Shown here: positions 1 through 9,058 of the stretch, in pieces
How the letters are laid out: each line of letters starts with the position of its first letter
Position numbering within the stretch: the first letter of the stretch is position 1
Assembly: GCA_044229975.1 (NCBI GenBank)
Contig: JBGARZ010000016.1
Coordinates: 1 to 64,000, forward strand
DNA: 64,000 nt
Direction: 5' to 3'
From: Polyangiales bacterium
GTDB lineage: Bacteria; Myxococcota_A; Polyangia; Polyangiales; Ga0077539
Notes under the pieces: generated by a model
Databases searched by the model: none
What the model was told of the DNA's origin: nothing
The model's input: the letters and a program-made list of their open reading frames with translations, nothing else
Translations under genes and position numbers: made by a program

Positions 1-1
1 G

Positions 2-103
2 CTGGAGCGCGAGGGCTTCATCCGCCGACAGCCGGGTGTCGCGCGCTCGATCCAACTGCTCGTCGAGGCCGACTCGCTGCCTCTCCTCGTGCAGCCAGCG
101 TGA
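2..103 (+). CDS. C-terminal end of a small winged-helix (LexA DNA-binding/MarR-like) protein, partial at window edge
   Basis: Frame 2 reads LEREGFIRRQPGVARSIQLLVEADSLPLLVQPA*, resembling the LexA-N wing (LE.KG.I.R.PG..R.I). Not in the ORF track because the start lies upstream. Confidence 0.6.
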   Translation: MEREGFIRRQPGVARSIQLLVEADSLPLLVQPA

Positions 104-260
104 GGTTCACTGAACCCTTCAAATCCCCTGTGGCGAGGTAGTAGTCGCCGCTCGCCGCTACGGCTTCGTCCGCGGGTATACCGGCTTGATTGGTCCGCCC
201 GCCGTCGCACCGGCGGGCGCCTCCTGGTCCGATGTCCATGACTCGTGACCGAACCACACC

Positions 261-1622
261 ATGCAATTCATCCTCAGCCACTACGGCCACCGCTACCTCA
301 CCCACCTCGTGAACTCTGCCGGGCTCGACGCCGCGCTCGCACGCGAAGACGTCCGCTACCTCTGCGCGCTGCTCACCCACCTGAGCCTCCCGTGCGAGGG
401 CAACGAGGCGATGCAGCCGCTCGTCGCGCGAGGCTTCGTCGAGGCCGTGGACGACTCCGTCGACCGCGCGGCCGTCGGCCTCCGCTACGCGCGCAACCCG
501 CTGGAGAACCTCCGGCGCGTGGTCTTCGAGTACACGACGCTCTGCAACCTCGACTGCCTGCACTGCCGCAACACCAACCTGGAGGCGCGCGCCGAGGCCG
601 ACCCGGTGGGGCTGCGTCGCGTGGTCGACGCTGCGCTCCCCATCGGCCTCGACCGCTTCGACTTCATCGGCGGCGAGGTCACGCTCTACGGCAAGGGGTG
701 GCTCGACCTCGTGGCGTACATCCGCGCGCAGGGCGGCGCGCACGCCTCCGTCATCACGAGCGGGTGGTTTCTCGGCGAGCGCGATTTCTGGGCGGCCGGG
801 CGGCGCTACGTCGACGACGCCGCGTACCTCGCAGAGCTGAGCTCATGCGGGCTCACGCACGTGGTGTTCAGCCTCGACGGGCCGGAGGCGATCCACGACC
901 GCACGCGGCAGGTGCCCGGCCTCTACCGCCGCGTGATCGATGGGTTCGCGAAGGTCCGCGCCGCGGGCATGCAGCCGCGTGTGTCGCTCGTGGTCGGCCT
1001 CGGGCAGTCGGCTGCGGCGGCGCGCGACTGGATCGTCGAGGTGTCCACCCAGCTCTTCGGGGCGGCGCACGACGCGGACGTCGCGTACCGCCGCGTGCTC
1101 GGCGACGAGAGCAACTACGTGAGCAACCTCATCGACGTCGGCGCCGGCGTGCAGCTCCGTCGGTCGCGCGCCGACCTCAACGCCTTCTCCGACGACGACC
1201 TGCGCTGCAAGAACTTCTTCCGCCCGTCGCCCACGCTGCGCATCAAGTCGAGCGGTGAGATCTCGCTGTGCCCGCTCGTCGACGGCGGCGATGGCTACGG
1301 CAACGTGCACGAGCGCGACCCCGTCGAGCTCCTCAACCGCCTGCACGAGGCGCTGGTGTTTCGGCTGCACGCCGAGCGCCGCATCGGCGAGTACCGACGC
1401 TTCATCGATCCGGAGATCTTCGGCGGACAGCTCGGTCACGCGTGCAGCGCGCGCACCGCCCTCAACATGGTCGCGCGGGCGATGGAGGAGCGCGCGGTCG
1501 ACCCCGACGACCGTGATGCGCTGCGGGCGATCAACGTCGACGTGGCCGAGAAGATGGGCGTGCGGGCGCGGGGGATCCGGCACCGGGCCAACGGGCACGC
1601 GCGCCCCGGCGCGAAGGGGTAG
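261..1622 (+). CDS. Radical SAM protein with N-terminal extension and Cys-containing C-terminal (SPASM/twitch-like) region
   Basis: CxxxCxxC (CNLDCLHC), FIGGE, ITSG and FSLDG..HD..R motifs. C-terminal C...G.ISLCP and HAC. Confidence 0.9.
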   Translation: MQFILSHYGHRYLTHLVNSAGLDAALAREDVRYLCALLTHLSLPCEGNEAMQPLVARGFVEAVDDSVDRAAVGLRYARNPLENLRRVVFEYTTLCNLDCLHCRNTNLEARAEADPVGLRRVVDAALPIGLDRFDFIGGEVTLYGKGWLDLVAYIRAQGGAHASVITSGWFLGERDFWAAGRRYVDDAAYLAELSSCGLTHVVFSLDGPEAIHDRTRQVPGLYRRVIDGFAKVRAAGMQPRVSLVVGLGQSAAAARDWIVEVSTQLFGAAHDADVAYRRVLGDESNYVSNLIDVGAGVQLRRSRADLNAFSDDDLRCKNFFRPSPTLRIKSSGEISLCPLVDGGDGYGNVHERDPVELLNRLHEALVFRLHAERRIGEYRRFIDPEIFGGQLGHACSARTALNMVARAMEERAVDPDDRDALRAINVDVAEKMGVRARGIRHRANGHARPGAKG

Positions 1623-1650
1623 GGGCCCGCCGGAGGGAACTGAACGCCCA

Positions 1651-1890
1651 CTACCGCAGCAGCACGCCGTCGTCGTGCGAGAGCGCGACCTTCGCGACCC
1701 GGTCGAGCTCCCCGGCGGGCCGCAGCCGCGCCACGCAGCGGGCCGTCGGCGCGAGCGACCACACCTCCACGCCCTCCTCGTCGGCGAGCGCCATCCAGCG
1801 GCCGTCGGCCGAGACGTCCACCTCCCACACCGCGACCGACCCCTCGCGCGCCGCGACCTCGCGCCGCGCCCCGTACGCCTCGCGCACCCC
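1651..1890 (-). CDS. Short hypothetical or remnant with a beta-propeller-like blade; start uncertain
   Basis: VDVSADGRWMALADEEGVEVWSL resembles a WD40/propeller blade. It fills the gap between the radical SAM and GT2 genes. Confidence 0.3.
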   Translation of the reverse strand, partial: GVREAYGARREVAAREGSVAVWEVDVSADGRWMALADEEGVEVWSLAPTARCVARLRPAGELDRVAKVALSHDDGVLLR

Positions 1891-1974
1891 ATCACCGGGC
1901 GTCTGCGTTCGAGGCCCGTCCGTCGCGCCCGATGGTCCATCATCGGCGCCGTGCAGAACGGTGACCTCCCCCGC

Positions 1975-2706
1975 GTGCCGAACGTGCCCCACCTCTCCAT
2001 CGTGGTGCCGTGCTTCAACGAGTCGGCCAACCTCGATGAGCTCGTCGCGCGCCTCGTCGCCGCGCTCGACGCCATGCCCTTCGCGGGCGAGTTGGTGCTC
2101 GTCGACGACGGCTCGGCCGACGACTCCTGGGCCGTGATGCAGCGCCTCGCCGCCCGCGAGCACCGCCTCGTCGTGCGGCGCCATCCGCGCAACCTCGGGA
2201 TCGTCCCCGCGTGGCGCACCGCCGTCGAAGCCGCGCGCGCCGAGCTCGTCTGCGTCATCGACGCCGACCTCCAGTACCGACCCGAGGACGTCGCCCGCCT
2301 CGTCGCCGCCCGCGAGGCCGCAGGGGTCGAGGTCGCGCAGGGCGCGCGGCGCTACGAGTGGCCCGTGCGCGGCAGCCGCTACTGGCTCTCGCGTGGCTTC
2401 AACGCGATCGTCAACGGCGCCTTCGGGATGTCACTGCCCGACAACAAGTCGGCGTTTCTGGTGTGCCGACGCGAGGCGTTGGCCAAGGCGCTGGCTTTTC
2501 GCGGCCGCTACCACGCCTGGCAGAACCTCGTCATGGTCGCCCTCCACGCTCGCGGTCACCGTTCGGTGAGCGTCGAGACGGCCTTCGGGCCGCGCGCACG
2601 AGGCACGTCGTTTCTGGCGGATTTCCCGGTGCGCCATGGGGTGCGCTCACTGCTCGACGTCGCGGTCGGGCTGCGCGAGTACGGCCGGGTCAACCACTCA
2701 CGGTGA
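1975..2706 (+). CDS. Glycosyltransferase family 2 (DPM synthase/ArnC-like)
   Basis: LSIVVPCFNE, LVDDGSAD and IDADLQY (DxD) motifs. GTG start inferred at 1975 or 1984 within ORF 1255..2706. Confidence 0.9.
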   Translation: MPNVPHLSIVVPCFNESANLDELVARLVAALDAMPFAGELVLVDDGSADDSWAVMQRLAAREHRLVVRRHPRNLGIVPAWRTAVEAARAELVCVIDADLQYRPEDVARLVAAREAAGVEVAQGARRYEWPVRGSRYWLSRGFNAIVNGAFGMSLPDNKSAFLVCRREALAKALAFRGRYHAWQNLVMVALHARGHRSVSVETAFGPRARGTSFLADFPVRHGVRSLLDVAVGLREYGRVNHSR

Positions 2707-3889
2707 GCAGCCGCGGGAGCGCCTCGCCTGCGGTGGCTCGCACGAAGAGGTCGCCGTCCTGTGGGGCCTCGACGGGGTACACGATGGCGCGGCCGTCCGG
2801 TCCGACGTAGCGCTCGGGGTCGATCATGACGACGCGGAGGCCGCGCTCGCGGGCGCGCATCTGCACGAGGCGCCGGTCGGCGTGCACCCCGATGACCAGC
2901 AGCGAGCGGGCGCGCGGGTCGTAGTCGATGGTCGGATAGTACGGGCCCGAATCATAGTTGCGGAGCGACACCTCGGGGAGCCCGACGTCGGCGCACTGGC
3001 AGTCGAAGTTGTTGGTGATCACCGGACCCACGAGGAGCCCGCGTCGCCACAGGTCACGCAGCGCCGCGTAGAAGGGCGTCGATGGCGCGACGAGGCACGC
3101 GCGGTAGATGTCGGTGAACTCGCGGTACTTCGCCTCCGGGTCGCCCAGCACCCCGAGCAGCGCGTCGTCCTGCGCGCGAAACACGAAGCCGTAATCGGCG
3201 TGCGACACGCCGTAGATGCGGTGGAGGTTGGAGAGGTGGGGGATGCCCGCCTCGATGGACGGTCCGCACCCGAGCTCAACCTGCGCGGGCAGGTGCGCGG
3301 CGATGTCCTCGGGGGTGATGATCGTGGGGGTTCCGCGCGGGAGCTTCTTGCGCAGGCCGACGTCGAAGAAGACGCGCCAGGGGCGGTTGTCCCAACCAGT
3401 GGGCGTGGCGTAGTCGGCGGCGTCGACCGTGAGGTCGAGGCTGCGGTAGCCAGGCGACGTGAGGTAACCGCGGCGCACGTCCTCGGGGTGTTGGTGATGC
3501 ACGACAACGCGGGCGCGCAGGTCGCCGCGGTGGTAGCGGCCGTCGCCGTCGGGCGACCACGAGCCCACGCGGAGGCCGTCGGTGATGGCGGCGTGGTAGG
3601 CGTCGACGTCGTCGGCGGGGAGCGTGACGCTGAGGAAGAGGTGCGCGCGTCGCAGCACGAAGGCGTCGCCGACGACGTCGTACTCGTCGTGGAAATGGAC
3701 GATGCGACGGCGTCGGTCGTCGGGGGTGGTCCAGCCCGACTGGGTGGCGTTGGAGGGGTGCTGATGACGCCGCCAGATCGACTCGGTGTAGCGCCGGTGC
3801 CAGCCGCTCGCGGCGGAGTCCATGTGGCGGGTGAAGCGCTCGCGCTGTGCGTCGGTCACGCGCGGCACCACCACGAAGGGAAACCTCAC
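2690..3889 (-). CDS. Hypothetical protein with divergent C-terminal SIR2/sirtuin-like Rossmann domain
   Basis: ELGCGPSIEAGIP (cf. GAGiS..sGIP), VITNNFD (cf. ITQNiD), LLVIG, VVMIDP and DLFVRATAGEALPRL occur in sirtuin order. GTG start overlaps the upstream stop (GTGA at 3886-3889). Confidence 0.7.
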   Translation of the reverse strand: MRFPFVVVPRVTDAQRERFTRHMDSAASGWHRRYTESIWRRHQHPSNATQSGWTTPDDRRRRIVHFHDEYDVVGDAFVLRRAHLFLSVTLPADDVDAYHAAITDGLRVGSWSPDGDGRYHRGDLRARVVVHHQHPEDVRRGYLTSPGYRSLDLTVDAADYATPTGWDNRPWRVFFDVGLRKKLPRGTPTIITPEDIAAHLPAQVELGCGPSIEAGIPHLSNLHRIYGVSHADYGFVFRAQDDALLGVLGDPEAKYREFTDIYRACLVAPSTPFYAALRDLWRRGLLVGPVITNNFDCQCADVGLPEVSLRNYDSGPYYPTIDYDPRARSLLVIGVHADRRLVQMRARERGLRVVMIDPERYVGPDGRAIVYPVEAPQDGDLFVRATAGEALPRLLTVSG

Positions 3890-5559
3890 GGCGCCACCGC
3901 TCTCTCGCGTTGCCAGCGCTCGGCGGCGGCGGCCTCCTCGTCGCGGCCCTCCTCGCGGTAGAGCGCGGCGAGCGTGCGGAGATCGGCGCGTGAGAGGCGT
4001 GGCTCGTGCGCGATGCGGTGGAGGAGCTGCGCGGGTCGGTCGTGGCCGGGCGGCGACCAGACGCGCGTGACGAAGGCGACGGCGCGCGTGGACGCAGCCG
4101 TGGGCGCCGGGCGCAGCGGGACGGCGAGCGCGAGGGCGGTGACGACGAACGCAGGTGCGACGACCGCGGGCTCGCGGAGGTGGCGGCGCGCGGCGTACGC
4201 GAGGGCGGCAACGGCGGCGAGGGCGAGCGGGGCGAGGGTGGCCGGGCCGTAGAGGCCGACGTCGTTGGCGAGGGTGGCGGGCACGAAGTGGTGGCGCGCG
4301 AGGAGGGCGACGAGGTCGGGCAGCGGGCGCGCGATGTCCGGGGGGACGTGGGGGTACCAGGCGGAGAGGGTTCCGGAGACGGCGACGGAGGCGGCGGCGG
4401 TGCCGAGGGCGAGCGCGCGGGCGAGCGATGGCGAGCGGGTGGCGACGACGCGCAGGCCCTCGACGGAGGCCCACGCGAGGAAGGGGACGAGCAGCGCGAG
4501 GTAGCGGGGACCGATGGTCCAGCCGCCGCGCCAGTTGTTGGCGCAGGCGACGGCGAGCCACGTCGCGACGCAGACGACGAGCGCGACGACGGCGTCGGGT
4601 CGAGCGTCACGACGGCGTAGGAGCGAGGCGAAACCGAGTGGTGCGAAGAGCAGAAAGGGCGTCATCGGGAGGAGCCCGAAGCCGGGGTCGAGGAGCAGGC
4701 GCGCGGCGGCCTCGGGGGAGAACCCGTCGAGCCCGAAGAGCCCGCGGTTGAGCGCGGCGCGGTACTCGGGATGGATCGAGAAGCGGTGCCCCGGCGTGAA
4801 CGCGCTGCCGAACGCGACGGCCTGGAAGTGCATGGTGGAGAGCGTCGGGAGCGCCGCGCCGAGCACGAAGAGGGCGAGCCGGGCGCGCGGTCGCAGGACG
4901 ACGAGCGCGTAGAGCGAGAGCGCCGCGGAGGCGACGAAGCCGGGGTACTCGAACCACGTGACGGCGGCGGCGAGCAGGCCCGCGGCGAAGGCGCGCGGTG
5001 CTGTGATGGTGCCGTCGCGTCGGGCGTCGGAGAGCAGCATGAACGCTCCGAAGGCAGCAGCCGCGCTGGTGGCGCTGCTGACGAAGAGGAGCGCGTAGCC
5101 GTAGAGGAGCGATCCGAGCGCGACGGCGACGAGGGCCGCGTCGGCGAGCACGGCGTCGTCGACGCGCGCCCGCAGCCACCGATGAAACGCGTACAGGAAC
5201 GCGAGCATCGGGAGCGTGGAGCCGGTGAGCCGCATCACGCGCGTGGCGGCTTCGAGGGAGACCGGACCGCGGGCGATGAAGCGCTGGAGGGCGTAGCCGG
5301 GGACGCCGAGGAGGCTGGTTCCGGGGGCCTTCGGGGACCAGGTGCGGCCGTCGTGGGAGGAGGCGTCGCCATCGACCGAGGGGCCCCAGCGATCGGCGGG
5401 CGCGTCGACGGCGTAGGAGCGATCGTCGACGATCGCGGCGGTCATGTAGACGCGGAGGATCTCGTTGGGGTTGTGGATGAACGGCTGCGACGGTCGCGCG
5501 TAGAGGTACGCGCAGGCGACGAGCGCCAGCAGCGGCGCGCTACGAGCGACAGGCCGCAC
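3886..5559 (-). CDS. Polytopic membrane protein, probable GT-C-fold glycosyltransferase
   Basis: Many hydrophobic helices, an NPNE..R loop after TM1, and KAPGTS, EYP and GGWTIGPRYL motifs of the kind seen in GT-C-like proteins. Confidence 0.6.
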   Translation of the reverse strand: MRPVARSAPLLALVACAYLYARPSQPFIHNPNEILRVYMTAAIVDDRSYAVDAPADRWGPSVDGDASSHDGRTWSPKAPGTSLLGVPGYALQRFIARGPVSLEAATRVMRLTGSTLPMLAFLYAFHRWLRARVDDAVLADAALVAVALGSLLYGYALLFVSSATSAAAAFGAFMLLSDARRDGTITAPRAFAAGLLAAAVTWFEYPGFVASAALSLYALVVLRPRARLALFVLGAALPTLSTMHFQAVAFGSAFTPGHRFSIHPEYRAALNRGLFGLDGFSPEAAARLLLDPGFGLLPMTPFLLFAPLGFASLLRRRDARPDAVVALVVCVATWLAVACANNWRGGWTIGPRYLALLVPFLAWASVEGLRVVATRSPSLARALALGTAAASVAVSGTLSAWYPHVPPDIARPLPDLVALLARHHFVPATLANDVGLYGPATLAPLALAAVAALAYAARRHLREPAVVAPAFVVTALALAVPLRPAPTAASTRAVAFVTRVWSPPGHDRPAQLLHRIAHEPRLSRADLRTLAALYREEGRDEEAAAAERWQRERAVAP

Positions 5560-6073
5560 AGTGCGAGAGGACGCAGCGGTCGAAGGTGCGGCGCCCCTCC
5601 TGGCAGGCCGCCGGCTGGATGGCGATGCAGCGCTCGTAGCAGGCGCAACTGCGGGGGCCCGGTGGGGTCGCCGGGGGACAGAGGTAGCTGCCCGCGTCGT
5701 ACCCGAGGATGCAGCTCGCGAAGCACAGGGAGAAGCCGTTGTAGTACCGGGGCGCGCACTCGGCGGAGGCGTCCATGTACTCGGCCTCGCTGCGGCACGA
5801 CCCCGCGGCGACCTCGTGCACGCAGACCCCGCAAGGGTCGGTGCAGTAGGTGATGTCGTCGAAGCCCCGGCACACGCTCGCGGCCGCGTCGTTCGTCACG
5901 GACGCGTCCATCGACGTCGCCTCGTCGCCCGGAATGGGGACGTCCGGAGGCGTCGGCTCGGAGGTCGGCGCGTCGATGCCCACGTCCGGATTCGCGTCGG
6001 CCACGGTGACCGTTCGGCCGCACGCGACGAGCGTCACGAGCAGCGCGAGCGTGTGCGGCGAACGGCTCCTCAT
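5540..6073 (-). CDS. Cys-rich lipoprotein
   Basis: Signal peptide with lipobox LVAC, a D/P-rich linker and a C-terminal domain with many Cys. Confidence 0.7.
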   Translation of the reverse strand: MRSRSPHTLALLVTLVACGRTVTVADANPDVGIDAPTSEPTPPDVPIPGDEATSMDASVTNDAAASVCRGFDDITYCTDPCGVCVHEVAAGSCRSEAEYMDASAECAPRYYNGFSLCFASCILGYDAGSYLCPPATPPGPRSCACYERCIAIQPAACQEGRRTFDRCVLSHCAACRS

Positions 6074-6095
6074 CGTGGCCGACCGTAGCCGATCG

Positions 6096-6560
6096 ATGAG
6101 TTCGGTGTCCAAGCGCGGTCGATGGCGCACCGCGAGGCGGGCGGGTCAGCGGAACATCACCGAGCGCGCCCACCGCTGTACCGCGGGCACGACCTGCGTC
6201 ATCAGCCCTTCGTTCGCCGGCATCTACGGCGCCTGCCTGCCGCCCGGGCCGACGTGTGCGGCGACCGCTGCTCGGTGTGACGGCTCGGTGCTGGTGCGGT
6301 GCTCGGGCGTCTTCGAGTCGGTGCTGCGGGAGACTCGTTCTGATTGCGCCCGCCTGGGGTGGCGGTGTGCCAGCGCTGGTGAAGGGGCGACCTGCGTCCC
6401 GCCGCCGTTCGCGTGCGCCCTCGACGGTCCGCCCCACTGTGAGGGCGACACCCTCGTCGCCTGCGCGGCCGGGGCCGACCCGCGCTTCGACTGCCGCGCG
6501 CTGGGCTTCGCGCGCTGCGCACCCGCGTCGAAACTGGAACCGGCGCACTGCGAACTCTGA
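6096..6560 (+). CDS. Cys-rich repeat protein, possibly a 5'-truncated remnant
   Basis: Repeats of the type RCDGSVLVRC/HCEGDTLVAC and DCARLG/DCRALG. No signal peptide and no clear start. Confidence 0.5.
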   Translation: MSSVSKRGRWRTARRAGQRNITERAHRCTAGTTCVISPSFAGIYGACLPPGPTCAATAARCDGSVLVRCSGVFESVLRETRSDCARLGWRCASAGEGATCVPPPFACALDGPPHCEGDTLVACAAGADPRFDCRALGFARCAPASKLEPAHCEL

Positions 6561-6563
6561 CTC

Positions 6564-6876
6564 ATACCGATTCACCCCGTCGACGTTCGCGAAGTGGGGG
6601 CCGGGGTTCACGGTGCAGGCTCCGCGTCCGTCGCGCTCCGTTCACCTCGGGCAATGGTAGGGGGTCACCCCATCGCTGCGCGGTGGGGTTGCAGGCCCGA
6701 GATCCATCGCGATCCCGATCGATGAAGCGGAGGCGGTGACTTCCGTTGCAACCCCATCGCGCAGCGATGAGGTGACCCCCTACCATTGCCCGGGGTGAAC
6801 GGAGCGCGACGGACGCGGAGCCTGCACCGTGAACCCCGGCCCCCACTTCGCGAACGTCGACGGGGTGAATCGGTAT
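6564..6876. repeat. Long palindromic element: 130-bp inverted arms (6564-6693, 6747-6876) around a 53-bp spacer
   Basis: Direct comparison: the arms are reverse complements with 3 mismatches. Confidence 0.95.
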
Positions 6877-7219
6877 CACGCGGCAGACGGAGGCGCCGTT
6901 GTGTTGGCGCATTTTCAGTCTTGAACCCGTAGCACCCAGGGGGGTGCTTCTGCGCGGTGATCGAGCGCACCGCGTTGCCCTCGTCGTGGCAGCGGCATAG
7001 CGTGCGAGAGTGGCTCCTTCGATCGTCCGCTCGCCCGGGATCGCTGGTTCACTCGGGTCTGTCACGGCGCTCGGCTTCTCGGCGTGCGCGTCATCGGCCC
7101 GCGTCGAGCCAACGTGCGTGGATGCACGCCAATGACGTCGCGAAGGGGTGAAGAGATCGCGACGATCGAGGACGCTGGGTCGTCCGACGCTGGCAGCGAC
7201 GAGGACGGTGCGGGGTAGC

Positions 7220-7660
7220 ATGGCGGTCATGCTCAACGTCGCGCGGGTATCTCTCCAGGGGCTGTGTTTGATCTTCGCGGTGGGCTGCACCACGACGTCT
7301 GAGACGACCTCACCGGACGCAGGAGTCGATGCGTCCGTTGTCGTCGATGTCGGGATCGATGTCGGCGCAGCGGACCGCGCTGCAGTAGACGTCGGGCGGC
7401 TCTCGGACACCGCGTCGCCGATCGACGTTGCGGACGTGATCGATGCCGCCGACGTCGTGGATGCGGCGGACGTCCCGGACGCGGTGGATGCCAGCGATGC
7501 CGGAACGGACGCGAGCGGTCTCGCGGCGGGCGAGCCGTGTTCGGGCGACGCCATGTGCGCGACGGGACTGCTGTGCTGCTACCCGTGCGGCATCCCAGGG
7601 TGCGTCAACCGTTGCAGCGCGCCCTTCGCCGGCACGGGCCGTTGCCCGCTGCTGCCATAG
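7220..7660 (+). CDS. Small lipoprotein with acidic D/A/V linker and Cys-rich C-terminal module
   Basis: Lipobox AVGC, DAGVDA/DAAD repeats, and C-terminal CATGLLCCYPCGIPGCVNRC...CP. Confidence 0.75.
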   Translation: MAVMLNVARVSLQGLCLIFAVGCTTTSETTSPDAGVDASVVVDVGIDVGAADRAAVDVGRLSDTASPIDVADVIDAADVVDAADVPDAVDASDAGTDASGLAAGEPCSGDAMCATGLLCCYPCGIPGCVNRCSAPFAGTGRCPLLP

Positions 7661-7756
7661 TCCTCCTTCTGCCAAGACTCCCGCGCCTTTCGCCCGAAGG
7701 ACAGCCTTCGGCCCGTTAGGTTGCCGTTCAGGTTGGCTCGCTACGGTGCCCGCACG

Positions 7757-9058
7757 ATGCACCGCCTGGCGCCGATCGCCCTCCTCACCCTCGGCTGCGC
7801 GAGCTCGCCGTACGACCACGCGTGGATCGCCCGCGACGTCGTCCGCCGCACCGGACACTCCGTCGGCTCGCAGACCCCGCACGAGGAGCCCACGCTGCCC
7901 CGCGGCGTCTCCCTCGACGACGGCCTCACCGCCGACGAGGCCGTCGCCGTCGCCCTCTGGAACAACCCCCGCCTCCACGGCGACCTCGCCCAGCTCGGGC
8001 TCACCCGCGCCGACCTCGTCGAGGCCGGGCTCATCCCCAACCCCCTGCTCACGTTGATGTTTCCGCTCGGCGGGCACCCGATGTCCGTGCGCATCCAGGC
8101 GCCCATCGAGGCGATCTGGCAGCGCGGTCGTCGTGTCGCCGCGGCGCAGTTGGAGGTCGAGCGCGTCGCCCACAACCTCGTGCAGACGAGCCTCGATTTC
8201 GCCCGCGACGTGCGCCTCGCCCACGCCGAACTCGTCGCCGCCGAAGCCCGCCGCACGGTGCGCGCCGCCGCGGCCGAGGCGCTCACCACCGTGGCCGAGC
8301 TCACCCGCCTGCGGGCCGCCGCCGGGGACGTCGCCGAGGTGGAGATGGAGGCTACCCGCGCCGAGGCGTTTGCCGCCCGCGACGCTGCCCTGCGCGCCGA
8401 CGCCGACGCCGAGCTCGCGCGCGTCGCGCTGCGTGGGCTCCTGGGCTTCGCGGCCGACCCGCGCCCGGTGCGCGCCGTCGCCGAACCGCCGCCCGACGCG
8501 CCCGACCGCGAGACCGACGCGGTGGTGCGCTTCGCCCTGCGCGCGCGCCCCGACCTGCACGCCGCGGAGATCGCCATGCAGGCGGCGGCCGCACGCGCGG
8601 GGTGGGAGCGGACGCGCATCGTGTCGTTTTCGGCGGCGCTCGATGGGGTGAGCCCGAACGGCAACGGGCTCGCCTTCGCGCCGGGCCTCGTCGCGCCGCT
8701 GCCGATCTTCAACTTCAACCAGGGTGCCATCGGCCGCGCCGAGGCCGAGGTGCAACAGAACGCCTGGCGCGCCATCGCGCTCCGTCAGCAGGTCGCCACG
8801 GACGTGCGGCAGGCGCAGACGCAGCTCGCCCAGGCCTGCGCCTCGCTCGCGCGCTGGCGGGCCGAGGTGTCGCCCTCGCAGGAGCGCTCCGTGCAGCTCG
8901 CCAACGAGCAGTTCACCGCCGGCGAGGCCTCGTACCTCGTCGTGCTCGACGCCACCCGCCGCGCCATCGACGGACGCCTCCGGCTCACCGAGCTGGAGGC
9001 CGACGTCCGCCGCGCCCAAGCCCAGCGCGACCGCAGCGCCGGAGGAACCCCCCGATGA
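7757..9058 (+). CDS. TolC/CzcC-family outer membrane efflux factor (lipoprotein)
   Basis: Lipobox TLGC, PNP and PLPIFNFNQG motifs, helical repeats. First gene of an OMF-MFP-RND operon. Confidence 0.9.
   Translation: MHRLAPIALLTLGCASSPYDHAWIARDVVRRTGHSVGSQTPHEEPTLPRGVSLDDGLTADEAVAVALWNNPRLHGDLAQLGLTRADLVEAGLIPNPLLTLMFPLGGHPMSVRIQAPIEAIWQRGRRVAAAQLEVERVAHNLVQTSLDFARDVRLAHAELVAAEARRTVRAAAAEALTTVAELTRLRAAAGDVAEVEMEATRAEAFAARDAALRADADAELARVALRGLLGFAADPRPVRAVAEPPPDAPDRETDAVVRFALRARPDLHAAEIAMQAAAARAGWERTRIVSFSAALDGVSPNGNGLAFAPGLVAPLPIFNFNQGAIGRAEAEVQQNAWRAIALRQQVATDVRQAQTQLAQACASLARWRAEVSPSQERSVQLANEQFTAGEASYLVVLDATRRAIDGRLRLTELEADVRRAQAQRDRSAGGTPR

Noticed and set aside
104..143. Small palindrome GGTTCACTGAACC and following tract as a mobile-element end
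   Set aside because: Too short, and any partner end or transposase would lie outside the window, so it cannot be supported.
7320..7510. Repetitive GATGC/GACG-rich DNA
   Set aside because: Explained by the low-complexity Asp/Ala/Val linker of a lipoprotein.
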